NCBI GenBank assembly: GCA_049513715.1
Contig: JBEKVV010000004.1
Location: 64,001-128,000, forward strand
Direction: 5' to 3'
Source of the DNA: Candidatus Bathyarchaeia archaeon
GTDB lineage: Archaea; Thermoproteota; Bathyarchaeia; 40CM-2-53-6
DNA: 64,000 bases
Each line of letters opens with the position of its first letter. The first letter of the stretch is position 1. The position numbers and the translations under genes were made by a program. Positions 19,456 through 29,203 of this stretch are shown here, in pieces. Below the pieces are notes generated by a model. That model saw nothing but the letters and a program-made list of their open reading frames with translations. It did no database searches and was not told where the DNA came from.

Positions 19456-20337
19456 ATGGTAATGGCTAGACCTCTTGAGCTGCAATACTCAGAGCCTTCA
19501 ACTCTGAAGGAAGCATTCTCAATTTTGGCAAAAGTTGAGGGTGCCAAGATTCTCGCTGGAGGAACCGATGTGATCGTTTCCATGAGGGAAGGAAAAATTG
19601 CTCCAGCTCACATTGTGAATATCAAACGGATATCCGGACTTGACAAAATAGGGCCAAGCACCGGAGGGGGGCTCCGTATAGGTGCGCTTGCTACGATTGG
19701 TGCCGTGGAAACCTCAGCTCTGGTTCGTAACGCGTTCCCGATGGTTGCTGAGGCAGCGCACCAGATAGGTTCGCTGCCGGTTCGAAATCGTGCAACGGTG
19801 GGTGGGAACCTCTGTAATTCATCTCCTTCTGCAGACATGGCTCCGCCATTGATAGCGCTCGGAGCAGTCGCGAAGATAGCCGGACCAAAGGGAAGGAGAT
19901 CTGTTAACCTTGAGGAATTTTTCACAGGGCCAGGAAAGACCGTCCTGTCGAAAGTTGAGATTCTAACGGAGATTCATATTCCAGATCCTCCCAGGAACTC
20001 GTTCGGGGCATTTCTGAAACATGGCCCTCGGCAGTGCATGGACATTGCAACAGTCAACGCCGCCGTTATGGTTACATTGAAAGGAAAGGTGTGCGAGAAC
20101 GCTAGAGTCGTCTTGGGTGCTGTTGCCCCGGTGCCAATGCGCGCCAAAAGGGCCGAGGCAGAGATTCGCGGAAAACCCATTGAAGATGAGATCATCCGCA
20201 AAGTGGGTGAAATCGCAGCCAAGGAATGTGTTCCCATATCTGATGTGAGGGGGTCAGCGGATTACAGGCGAGAAGTGGTTAACGTGCTGGTAAGGCGATT
20301 GTTTGGGAAGGCTTTGGGAGCCAAATTGGCAAAGTGA
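19456..20337 (+). CDS. Xanthine dehydrogenase-family FAD-binding subunit (CoxM/CutM-like)
   Basis: AGGTD, RNRATVGGN, SPSAD, DVRGSADYRR. Confidence 0.93.
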   Translation: MVMARPLELQYSEPSTLKEAFSILAKVEGAKILAGGTDVIVSMREGKIAPAHIVNIKRISGLDKIGPSTGGGLRIGALATIGAVETSALVRNAFPMVAEAAHQIGSLPVRNRATVGGNLCNSSPSADMAPPLIALGAVAKIAGPKGRRSVNLEEFFTGPGKTVLSKVEILTEIHIPDPPRNSFGAFLKHGPRQCMDIATVNAAVMVTLKGKVCENARVVLGAVAPVPMRAKRAEAEIRGKPIEDEIIRKVGEIAAKECVPISDVRGSADYRREVVNVLVRRLFGKALGAKLAK

Positions 20338-20823
20338 TTGCTTTTGAAACACGTGAAATTCCGGGTCAATGATGAGTGGAGGGAGCTAGATGCTAGTCCA
20401 ACCAAGAGCTTGCTCGACGTGCTTCGGGATGACTTGTTTCTCACTGGCACCAAGCGTGGCTGTGATAGCGGTGAATGCGGGGCATGCACTGTTATCATGA
20501 ACGGGAAGGCTGTAAACGCATGCTTGGTACTCGCTACTGAGCTTGATGGGTCAGAGATTACAACCATTGAGGGATTGGGCAGAAGCGTTGACAAGCTTCA
20601 CCCATTGCAGAAGGCGTTCATCGAAAAAGGAGCGGTACAGTGCGGTTTTTGTACGCCCGGCATAATCATGACTGCGAAAGCATTTCTCGATATGAATCCG
20701 AAGCCGACAGAGGAGGAAGTGAGGGACGCTATTTCTGGCAACCTTTGCAGGTGCACTGGATACAGCAAAATTGTGAATGCCATACTCGCGGGTGCGGAAG
20801 AAGTTGGGAGATTGAAACATTGA
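20338..20823 (+). CDS. Xanthine dehydrogenase-family 2x[2Fe-2S] subunit
   Basis: GCDSGECGACTV, QCGFCTPG, NLCRCTGY. Confidence 0.95.
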   Translation: MLLKHVKFRVNDEWRELDASPTKSLLDVLRDDLFLTGTKRGCDSGECGACTVIMNGKAVNACLVLATELDGSEITTIEGLGRSVDKLHPLQKAFIEKGAVQCGFCTPGIIMTAKAFLDMNPKPTEEEVRDAISGNLCRCTGYSKIVNAILAGAEEVGRLKH

Positions 20824-23120
20824 CGGCTACAGTTGAGAAGGAAAAATACGTTACGATAGGGAAATCGGTTCCACGAATTGATGCCCTCGAAAAGGTAACT
20901 GGCAGGGCAATGTACATCGATGACCTCAAATTCAGCGATGTGCTCTATGGAAAAATTCTGCGCAGCCCACACGCACACGCCAAAATCAAAAGGATAGACA
21001 CTTCGAAAGCTGAAGCGCTGCTAGGAGTCCGAGCAGTTGTGACCGGTAAGGATGCCCCATTCAGGGGCGGCGAGGCCATCAGGGACCAGCCATTTCTTGC
21101 TGTAGGCAAAGTTCGTTGTGTAGGTGAAGTCGTGGCAGCTGTAGCTGCCGATACCAAGGAGATTGCTGAGCATGCTATAGGACTCATAGTGGTCGAGTAC
21201 GAGCCCCTAGCAGCGGTCTTAGACGTAATGGAGGCTGTGAAACCGAGTGCCCCGCTGATTCACGAAGAGATGCATGCGTACGCGCATATGCCTGTAGTGA
21301 CTGTCGTACCGCACACGAATATCTGCGCAAAGTTCGAATTCAAGCAAGGGGATGTCGAAAAAGGCTTCCGCGAATCGGACTACGTTTTCGAAGATACTTT
21401 CCGGTTCCCCACAGGTCACCATTGCCAGATAGAACCCTTCGGCGCGGTGGCTCAGGTTAGTGTCAACGGCAAGATCACCATTTGGGTTGCAAATGACGCC
21501 CCACACCGGTTGCGAAAGGACATAGCTGACGCTATGGGCATTCCTTTCGAAAACTTGAGGGTGATATGTCCACCCTTCATGGGCGGAGGGTTCGGTGGAA
21601 AAGGTGGCCTGAAAGTTGAAACAGTCTGTATCGCCCTCGCAATGCACACAAACGGCCGCCCAGTCAAAATCATCTTGGACCGAGAAGAGGTCTTCATGGC
21701 CTCACTGATGAAGCATGCCGCCGTCGCGACCGTTAAAACAGGCGTCAAGAAAGATGGGAAAATCGTTGCCACGCACGCAAAACTGTACTACGACACTGGA
21801 GCCTACGCAGAGAAAGGACCCACGGTCACACTACATGGTTGTGAGTCCGGAGTAGGGCCATACAAGGTTCCCAACACGCTGGTCGAGGGGTACACTGTCT
21901 ACACCAACAACCCAGTTGCAGGGGCCCTTCGAGGATACGGTTTACCACAGTCAAGCTGGGCACACGAATCAATGATTGACATGATTGCCGACAAGTTAGG
22001 CATTGATCAAATTGAAATGAGGTTGAAGAATGCTCTAGAAGAAGGCTCAATCAATCCAACTCGAGGAGACATTCTCACAAGCGTAGGCCTCAAGGAATGC
22101 ATTACCAAAGCTGCTGAAGCGATCGAATGGAACAAACCCAGGCCACTTAACCGCGGGGTAGGAATAGCTTGCGAATACAAAGCAACAAAGACCCCCTCAG
22201 GCTCATCGGCGTTCGTCAAGGTTGAGCAAGACGGTAGCGCCTCGGTGATCACTAGCGCCGTCGAAGTCGGCCAAGGCATCAAAACCATTCTCGCCCAGAT
22301 TGCGTCTGAGGAACTTGGGATTCCAATGGATCGTGTAATTGTCACCTCGCCTGACACCGATTACACCCCATGGGACGCCTCCACAACTGCAAGCCGTGCC
22401 ACCTTTCACATGGGTAATGCTGTAAGAAATGCCGCCAAGGACGCTAAAGTGCAGATCCTCGCCCTTGCTGCGGCCGCACTCAGCGTTAGCGCAGAAGACT
22501 TGGAGGTCTCAAATGGAGAGATTCGCCTGAAAGGCGGCGACAAGAAAATGACAGTTGCCGAAGCGATTAGGGGTAAATGGAAATCAGGGCTCACCGTTCT
22601 CGGAAGAGGAACATACTATCCTGAGATAAAGGGCACAATGTTCTCGGCCCGCAGCATATTCTACATGTACGCAGCACAGGCTGTCGACTTGGAAGTAGAC
22701 CCCGAAACGGGCAAGATTAAGGTTCACAAGGTTGCAGCCGCCCACGATGTTGGAAAGGCTCTCAACCCGATGGCCGTTGAGGGGCAAATAGAAGGAGGTG
22801 TAGTTCAAGGTCTCGGGACTGGACTTTGGGAAGAGGTCCTCTACGACGAGAACGGCAAGATGTTGAACCCGAACTTCAGAGACTACCGCGTCCCAACCGC
22901 CGTTGATGCTCCAGAGATCATACCCATCATCGTTGAGGCAACACATGAAGAGGGCCCGTTTGGAGCGAAAGGTATCGGTGAGATGACCTTGGTTTCAACC
23001 CCAACAGCAGTTGGAAACGCTATCTACAATGCTACAGGGATCAGGCTGAAAGAACTTCCCGCAACGCCGGAAAGATTGCTCAAGTACCTTAAGGCGAGAA
23101 GTTCGAGAACTGAGGAATAG
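20820..23120 (+). CDS. Xanthine dehydrogenase-family molybdopterin-binding large subunit
   Basis: RSPHAHA, GGGFGGK, GALRGYG, GQIEGG, GAKGIGE. The TTG start at 20820 overlaps the previous stop. Confidence 0.93.
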   Translation: MTATVEKEKYVTIGKSVPRIDALEKVTGRAMYIDDLKFSDVLYGKILRSPHAHAKIKRIDTSKAEALLGVRAVVTGKDAPFRGGEAIRDQPFLAVGKVRCVGEVVAAVAADTKEIAEHAIGLIVVEYEPLAAVLDVMEAVKPSAPLIHEEMHAYAHMPVVTVVPHTNICAKFEFKQGDVEKGFRESDYVFEDTFRFPTGHHCQIEPFGAVAQVSVNGKITIWVANDAPHRLRKDIADAMGIPFENLRVICPPFMGGGFGGKGGLKVETVCIALAMHTNGRPVKIILDREEVFMASLMKHAAVATVKTGVKKDGKIVATHAKLYYDTGAYAEKGPTVTLHGCESGVGPYKVPNTLVEGYTVYTNNPVAGALRGYGLPQSSWAHESMIDMIADKLGIDQIEMRLKNALEEGSINPTRGDILTSVGLKECITKAAEAIEWNKPRPLNRGVGIACEYKATKTPSGSSAFVKVEQDGSASVITSAVEVGQGIKTILAQIASEELGIPMDRVIVTSPDTDYTPWDASTTASRATFHMGNAVRNAAKDAKVQILALAAAALSVSAEDLEVSNGEIRLKGGDKKMTVAEAIRGKWKSGLTVLGRGTYYPEIKGTMFSARSIFYMYAAQAVDLEVDPETGKIKVHKVAAAHDVGKALNPMAVEGQIEGGVVQGLGTGLWEEVLYDENGKMLNPNFRDYRVPTAVDAPEIIPIIVEATHEEGPFGAKGIGEMTLVSTPTAVGNAIYNATGIRLKELPATPERLLKYLKARSSRTEE

Positions 23121-23124
23121 AGTT

Positions 23125-24129
23125 ATGGTGAAATTCGGTGTACGTCTACCGAACTCAGGCCCGCTTGCGGCCGCCGATTCGATTCTGAAGAGCGCGGAAG
23201 TCGCTGAGAAACTAGGTTACGACTCAGTTTGGGTGCACGACCACATCACTTGGGGTACAGAGCAACACAGAGGCCACCTTTCATCGGGATCAGCTGAAGC
23301 CTTAAAGTCAGCTCAACTTCCGAACTTCTATGAATGTCTGACAACACTCGCGACCATAGCAGGAAGAACAAATTCGGTGAAGTTAGGCGTCGCCGTCGTC
23401 ATACTGCCCCTCCGAAACCCCGTCGTCTTCGCAAAGCAGACTTCAGTCATCGACGTACTATCTGGCGGGAGATTGCTCGTGGGCGTCGCTCCAGGGGCGC
23501 CGAAAATCACAGAAAAAGAGTTCGATACGATTGGCGTCGACTACCACAAGAGAGGCAAGATCACTGATGACTACATACAAGCCGTGAGAAAACTTTGGAC
23601 TGAGCCACTTCCAACGTACGAAGGAAAATTCATCTCTTTCAAGGAAGTTCAGATGTTTCCGAAACCAATCCAGAAACCTCACCCACCTATCTTGATTGGC
23701 GGCGGTGAAAGAGGTCTAAGCGACGTCGCAATGAAACGAGTGGTCGGGCTCGGGAATGGTTGGATACCCGCTTACCTGACAGAGGCCGAACTTGAGCAAG
23801 GCGCCAAGCAGCTGCGCGAGGGCGCGAAGAAAGCTGGCAGGGGTGGCGAGAAATTCATCGTAGGCTTGGAGATGTTTACCGGCCTGGGCCCATCCGACGA
23901 TGCGGCAAGAAACACTTTCTCAGCAACTCTGACCAAGAACTTCGTGTCCGTTGAGGAAGGGTTGAAACGAAGTCTAGTCGGCACATCAAAGACCATCACA
24001 AGGAGAATGGAAGCCTACGCGAATGCTGGACTCGATTATGTCGAGTTGAAGTTCATGTACTCGACAATCCCCGAGTTCCACGAAGAAATGGAAACCTTCG
24101 CGAAAGACGTGCTTCCATCATTCAAGTGA
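23125..24129 (+). CDS. LLM-class flavin/F420-dependent oxidoreductase
   Basis: GYDSVWVHDH, LPLRNPVVFAKQ, DVLSGGR, PKPIQKPHPPILIGG. Confidence 0.9.
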   Translation: MVKFGVRLPNSGPLAAADSILKSAEVAEKLGYDSVWVHDHITWGTEQHRGHLSSGSAEALKSAQLPNFYECLTTLATIAGRTNSVKLGVAVVILPLRNPVVFAKQTSVIDVLSGGRLLVGVAPGAPKITEKEFDTIGVDYHKRGKITDDYIQAVRKLWTEPLPTYEGKFISFKEVQMFPKPIQKPHPPILIGGGERGLSDVAMKRVVGLGNGWIPAYLTEAELEQGAKQLREGAKKAGRGGEKFIVGLEMFTGLGPSDDAARNTFSATLTKNFVSVEEGLKRSLVGTSKTITRRMEAYANAGLDYVELKFMYSTIPEFHEEMETFAKDVLPSFK

Positions 24130-24205
24130 AGATCTAGAACTGGCACCAGGAACGGAATCGGACCCAGCGCATGCACCGGATGGCTAAGGATCGAGGACGC
24201 TCCGA

Positions 24206-26044
24206 CTATGTCAAACCCAGTGACTTGAGCTTTGCTTTGGTTGGAACGCCTTGTTCGTCCCATGCTCTCAGTGTGTAGCATGTGTCCAACATCTTGCTCA
24301 CGTTGCAAGTCTGGCCCTTAGCAGTTCCATCGGGCATCGGTTCAAGGAAACGGTCTGGAATCGTGTCGTCTTTTCTGGTGTAACCCTCCCTTAGGTTGAA
24401 GAGCCTCTCAAGGTTCACGATTCTCTCACCAACTTTCACCATCTCCGCATAACTCTGCTTCATGCCAGTTGCGTCGCGGATTAGACGTTCAATGACTTCA
24501 GGGCTGAATCCGAAATCCAAGCAGAAATCGCAAAACACGGCCGAGTCGATTGGTGCGGCTGTGAAATCTTGGAAATCTACCACCCACTTCACTTTGTTGG
24601 CGTCTTCAGAAAACCTGTCCACGGGTTGGGGCACGCCGAAGAGCTCGACGGCAATGGTCCACCCGTCGTTGTGGTCTGCGCCGCGCGATGCGGTTGCATA
24701 GTTCAACCCGATTCCTTTGGCGCCTCTTGGGTCGTAACCGGGCATCTCTAGACCTTTCACCTGCATCGCATATTTCCATGCGTCCCCGCCTAGTTTCTCG
24801 GCCGCGACTTTGACGCCTTCAGCGAGAATGTTACCGATTCCCTCCCTGCGCGCGATTCTTTCGACAAGCCATAGCAAGGCCTCATCATTGCCGAAATTCA
24901 GTTTCATTCCACTAGTCTGTTGATCAGTTATGATGCCTCTCTCGTAGCATTCCATGGCAAAGGAGGTCACTACACCTGTTGAAATTGTGTCCATTCCATA
25001 TTGGTCACACAGAAGATTAGCGTGGGCGATGGTTTCGAAGGATGGAATCCCGCAGTTCGCCCCCAGAGCGAAAATGTTCTCGTGCTCAGGGCGGTCGGTC
25101 CTGATTCCGGCATGAGGGCCTTCCTTCACTTCGATCCACTTTGAGCAAAGGACTCTGCATCCCCAGCAGTGAACGAAGCCGCGGTTTGTGTAGTGGGTGT
25201 TAATGTACGTGGCGTCTATGTTATCCACCGAGTCGAAATATCCAGTCTGAAAGTTCCTGGTGGGCATCAACCCCATCTCATTCACAACTGAGACGGAACC
25301 TGTTGTTCCCGCTTCTTTGAAGACCTTGACGACTTCGTTATTGTCCACAATTTTGTTGATCCAAAGCAGCGTCTCTCGCCATGTATCCCGGTGCAAATAA
25401 GTCTCCACTCTGCCCGAGCCTTGAACGGCGAATGCTTTCAAGTTCTTTGAGCCCATCACTGCGCCCGGCCCACATCTGGCAGCAGCGGCGTGTTTGTCGC
25501 TCATGATTGCGGCGATCTTGACTAGGTGCTCGCCGGCCGGGCCGACTGAGGCAACCCTTAGCGTAGGCTTTGAACCCAGTTCCTTCATCACAGCCTCTTC
25601 AGTCTGATGAGTGGTCTTTCCCCACAGGTGCGACGCATCCTTGATTTCCACTTGGCCGTCATGGAGGTACGCGTAAACCTTCTTCTCAGATTTCCCATCG
25701 AAAATGACCCCGTCGTACCCAGCGAATTTGATGTTGGGGCCAAGGTGCCCACCGCAATAACCAACGGAAATGGTCCCAGTGGAGGGAGACTTCATTCCGA
25801 CCGTGTACTTTCCGGTAAGTGGAACGTTCGTCCCTGCTAGGGGACCAGTCATGAAGATCAGTTTGTTCTCGGGCCCAAGCGGGTCTGCGTGAGGGGGAAG
25901 TTCATCGTAGAGGATCTTGGCGATGAACCCTCTACCGCCCATCCACTTGTCGGCGAACTCGTTATCGATTATTTTCTCCGATGTTTTTCGTGTTGTGAGG
26001 TCGACCCGTAGAAGCTTCCCTACATACCCTTTGTAGTCTGTCAA
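24206..26044 (-). CDS. aor: Aldehyde:ferredoxin oxidoreductase (AOR family), copy 2
   Basis: Collinear and highly similar to copy 1; TTG start at 26044. Confidence 0.93.
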   Translation of the reverse strand: MTDYKGYVGKLLRVDLTTRKTSEKIIDNEFADKWMGGRGFIAKILYDELPPHADPLGPENKLIFMTGPLAGTNVPLTGKYTVGMKSPSTGTISVGYCGGHLGPNIKFAGYDGVIFDGKSEKKVYAYLHDGQVEIKDASHLWGKTTHQTEEAVMKELGSKPTLRVASVGPAGEHLVKIAAIMSDKHAAAARCGPGAVMGSKNLKAFAVQGSGRVETYLHRDTWRETLLWINKIVDNNEVVKVFKEAGTTGSVSVVNEMGLMPTRNFQTGYFDSVDNIDATYINTHYTNRGFVHCWGCRVLCSKWIEVKEGPHAGIRTDRPEHENIFALGANCGIPSFETIAHANLLCDQYGMDTISTGVVTSFAMECYERGIITDQQTSGMKLNFGNDEALLWLVERIARREGIGNILAEGVKVAAEKLGGDAWKYAMQVKGLEMPGYDPRGAKGIGLNYATASRGADHNDGWTIAVELFGVPQPVDRFSEDANKVKWVVDFQDFTAAPIDSAVFCDFCLDFGFSPEVIERLIRDATGMKQSYAEMVKVGERIVNLERLFNLREGYTRKDDTIPDRFLEPMPDGTAKGQTCNVSKMLDTCYTLRAWDEQGVPTKAKLKSLGLT

Positions 26045-26168
26045 CGGCAGGTCTGCGTAGTCAAGGAAGAAATTTCCTATATAACATATGCCATGCGGCG
26101 AAGCCGCAGTTGACTCCATTTAGAATGCAGAATGGAAAGGTTGGGTGAAGAGAAAAAGGGAATGGGTT

Positions 26169-26531
26169 TTACTCGGCGTTCTTGGTCGGGGGGTACTCTG
26201 GATGTGAGAACGTGTACACCATTACCACATCATTAGGTCCATCATTCCGCACTCCGTGTGCAACTCCAGGTGGAATATAGACCGCCGAATTCGGGCCGAA
26301 CTCAATATCGCCGTCCTTCAGCGTGATTTTGCCTTTGCCTGAAATTATGAATGCACATTCCTCTTCGGTGTGAATTTTCTTTTCGGTGTTCGCGCCAGGC
26401 TTGAATGTGGAGAAGCCTAACATCATTTTCTTAGTGCCAATCGTTTTGTTTGAGAGTAATTCGATGAGCCAGCTACCGCCAGGGAGTGTCGTTCGAATTC
26501 CCTCCTCTGACCGAACTACCTTTACCTGCAT
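26169..26531 (-). CDS. Cupin domain protein
   Basis: HTEEE..IISGKG and YIPPGVAHGVRN cupin motifs. Confidence 0.88.
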   Translation of the reverse strand: MQVKVVRSEEGIRTTLPGGSWLIELLSNKTIGTKKMMLGFSTFKPGANTEKKIHTEEECAFIISGKGKITLKDGDIEFGPNSAVYIPPGVAHGVRNDGPNDVVMVYTFSHPEYPPTKNAE

Positions 26532-26558
26532 AATTTCGCCCCAGTTGATTATGTTCCT

Positions 26559-26999
26559 TTAGCCGAATTTGTTAATGCTTTTTTCGCCTTTGATGTCGGA
26601 TGTCCAGTGGAAGTCTTCGCCCTTCTTGACCTTCTCTTCCTCTTCCTCGGCAGCCTTGACTGCCTCGCTACCACCGTCGACCCACGTAGCCCAGCCTGCC
26701 AGCCAGATGCAAAGTGAAACGGCTTCTTGAACCTCTCTTGGAGTCGCTCCCAGCCGAACTGCCTTTCGCGCATGGCTTCGGCCTTTTTCGCCGCGGCCGG
26801 TCGCTACTTCTACAGCTGTGATGATCAGTTCCTTGTACTTCTCAGATATTGCGCCTTCCACGCCCTTCGGTGGGAGTGTTGCTTTTCGAATCTTGATAAA
26901 TCCCTCAACGATTTCTGAGCTGTACTTGTCCATGTGTTCGAAGACGGGATGCATGCGCCCAAACTTTTCGAGAATGTACTTCTTCGTTTCTTCATTCAT
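26559..26999 (-). CDS. Carboxymuconolactone decarboxylase / AhpD-like protein
   Basis: ISEKYKELI, HARKAVRLGATPREVQEA. Confidence 0.85.
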   Translation of the reverse strand: MNEETKKYILEKFGRMHPVFEHMDKYSSEIVEGFIKIRKATLPPKGVEGAISEKYKELIITAVEVATGRGEKGRSHARKAVRLGATPREVQEAVSLCIWLAGWATWVDGGSEAVKAAEEEEEKVKKGEDFHWTSDIKGEKSINKFG

Positions 27000-27107
27000 C
27001 GCGGATCATTGGTGGCTTAATATTCAGCTGCTTAGATTTCCTGCCAGTGGTTTCTGTAAGCGGCTTATATGCGGTGGTCTTAAATAATCAGTTTCGTCCG
27101 TGACCAT

Positions 27108-28115
27108 GTGATTTTAATGGTTTCATTCGAAGCCGCAATCAAGGAAGCGAAACTTGCGATTGAACATTGTTATTCAGTAAAGAAAGGAGAGAACGTCGCC
27201 ATACTGACCGACCAGGATCATATGGTTGAAGCAAAAGCATTGGCCGCTGTCGCCGGACAATTCGCCGCGAACGTGGTCATGCTGGACGCGTCGGCGTACG
27301 TTCAATCAGGAATGCTGATGGCCGGCATCCCAGAACCTCCGTCGCACATTTCTGCTATGATGGAAAAAACTCAGGTCTTCATCATCAAAACCGAAATGGA
27401 CTTCGCACATAGATTTGCACACACAGATGCTGCCAGAATAGTTGAACGCAACAAAGGAAGAATAGCGTCGGTCGAGGAGGACATGGGAACGTGGGGAATC
27501 GAGTACGATTATCTGGTTGAAACAAAAGAGCGGACGGCGAAGCTTGGAGCAATTACGGGCAAAGCCGACAAGATACACATCACTTCTACCAAAGGGACAG
27601 ATATTACGCTCTCTATCAAGAATCGCCCAGCCCTCGTAATAGTACCCCAACGAGCGCCCGGAGACGTAATGTCTCCTTTACCATTGTGGGGAGAAGTCGC
27701 ACACTCAATCATCGAGGACTCGGGGAATGGAGTCGTTGTAGCGGACGGAATCGCGAATGCGGTCGCGAACAACGGCCTCAAGGAGCCTATCAAATACAAA
27801 GTCAAGAACGGAAGGGCCTATGACTACCAAGGTGGAGACGAAGCGAAGCGCTGGGAAGCCATAATCAAAGCCGCAGACGAGAACGCGAACGTGTTATGCG
27901 AATTCGCCGTTGGAACAGGCCGAAGGGAACGGTGGAACACCGTCTCGGAGAAGGGAGCCTTAGGAACAATCCATCTCGCTCTCGGAGAAAACGCAGGGCC
28001 CTACCCGGGCGGTAAGAACCACAGCAAAGTGCATTTGGATGTCACCCTCCGATTTCCAACAGTTGAAGTTGACGGCAGAGTCGTCATTGACAAAGGCATC
28101 CTCAAACTAGACTAG
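27108..28115 (+). CDS. M29 aminopeptidase-fold protein (AmpS/NicX-like)
   Basis: KGTDITL, P.GEV, CEFAVG, EKGALGTIHLALGEN, HLD metal ligands. Confidence 0.8.
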   Translation: MILMVSFEAAIKEAKLAIEHCYSVKKGENVAILTDQDHMVEAKALAAVAGQFAANVVMLDASAYVQSGMLMAGIPEPPSHISAMMEKTQVFIIKTEMDFAHRFAHTDAARIVERNKGRIASVEEDMGTWGIEYDYLVETKERTAKLGAITGKADKIHITSTKGTDITLSIKNRPALVIVPQRAPGDVMSPLPLWGEVAHSIIEDSGNGVVVADGIANAVANNGLKEPIKYKVKNGRAYDYQGGDEAKRWEAIIKAADENANVLCEFAVGTGRRERWNTVSEKGALGTIHLALGENAGPYPGGKNHSKVHLDVTLRFPTVEVDGRVVIDKGILKLD

Positions 28116-28167
28116 CACTACGTGACCAAGTCGTGCATGATTCAGATTCACCTCCTGTTCAGTATCG

Positions 28168-29118
28168 GTGAAAGTCATGAAAGTCGAAGACGTCAAGACA
28201 GTCTCAATTATTGGCGCGGGCCTAATGGGCCACGGAATCGCCCAGGTTTTCGCGCAGGCAGGATACAATGTCCTCCTGAGAGACATTAAGCAAGAGTTCT
28301 TATTGAATGGCGTCAGCAAAATGAAAGAGAACCTTCAGAAATTGTCAGCGGCCGGCCTCGTTCGGAAGGAAGAAATCGATGCCACCATATCCAGGGTGAA
28401 AACAACGCTCGACATGCAGGAAGCCTTAACGAATTCTGACTTCATGATTGAAGCCGCAACCGAAAACATAGACCTAAAGAAACAGATCTTCAGGGAAGCC
28501 AGCAAATTCGCCCCCGAACGCGCTGTTCTGGCGACCAACACTTCCGGCTTGCCAATCCTTGATATCGCTGGAGTCACAAACCGGCCTGGCAAGATTATTG
28601 GGACGCATTTCTGGAACCCGCCGTACTTACTCCGCGCCGTGGAAGTCGTCAAAGGAGCCGGCACGACAGATGAGACCGTCAAAGTGACCTACGACCTCCT
28701 TACAAAAGTAGGCAAGAAACCTGTAGTCGTGAAAAAGGACATTCCTGGACAAATCGGGATCAGAATTCTCTACGCAATGCTTAGGGAAGCAATATCTCTA
28801 GTTGAGAAGGGAGTTGCTTCGCCCGAGGACATAGATACGGTCGTGAAGGAAGCATTGGGAACTCGATTGCCGGTCGTCGGCGTCTTAGAGTTAGCAGACT
28901 TGTCGGGCGTCGACTTAGTTCTGATGGTATCCAAACGATTGTTCAAGGATTTGGACAATTCTCCGGAACCCTCAAAGTTCCTCACAGATATGGTCGCAGA
29001 CGGTCACACTGGGATCAAGAGCTTGAAAGGTTTCTACAGCTGGACGCCTCAAAGTGTTGCATCCATCGTCAAGAAGCGGGATGAACACTTACTTAGAATC
29101 CTGAAGGATCAAGCATAG
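28168..29118 (+). CDS. 3-hydroxyacyl-CoA dehydrogenase family protein
   Basis: GAGLMGHG, IEAATE..K, ATNTSG, HFWNPP..VEVV. Confidence 0.92.
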   Translation: MKVMKVEDVKTVSIIGAGLMGHGIAQVFAQAGYNVLLRDIKQEFLLNGVSKMKENLQKLSAAGLVRKEEIDATISRVKTTLDMQEALTNSDFMIEAATENIDLKKQIFREASKFAPERAVLATNTSGLPILDIAGVTNRPGKIIGTHFWNPPYLLRAVEVVKGAGTTDETVKVTYDLLTKVGKKPVVVKKDIPGQIGIRILYAMLREAISLVEKGVASPEDIDTVVKEALGTRLPVVGVLELADLSGVDLVLMVSKRLFKDLDNSPEPSKFLTDMVADGHTGIKSLKGFYSWTPQSVASIVKKRDEHLLRILKDQA

Positions 29119-29203
29119 GTTGCGAATACCCCAATTTCCTTTGATGAGAAATTCAACCAATCCTTAAGTACCGTCCGACTGCCATCACGATCGATGACGC
29201 AAA

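Noticed and set aside
19266..19583. Long N-terminal extension of AOR copy 1 in the ORF track
   Set aside because: It overlaps the divergent promoter and the FAD-subunit gene; similarity to copy 2 begins at the TTG at 19265.
19456..23120. Aerobic CO dehydrogenase (coxMSL)
   Set aside because: The large subunit has GALRGYG, not the AYxCSFR Cu-binding motif. The same applies to 44377-46752 (GAFRGFG).
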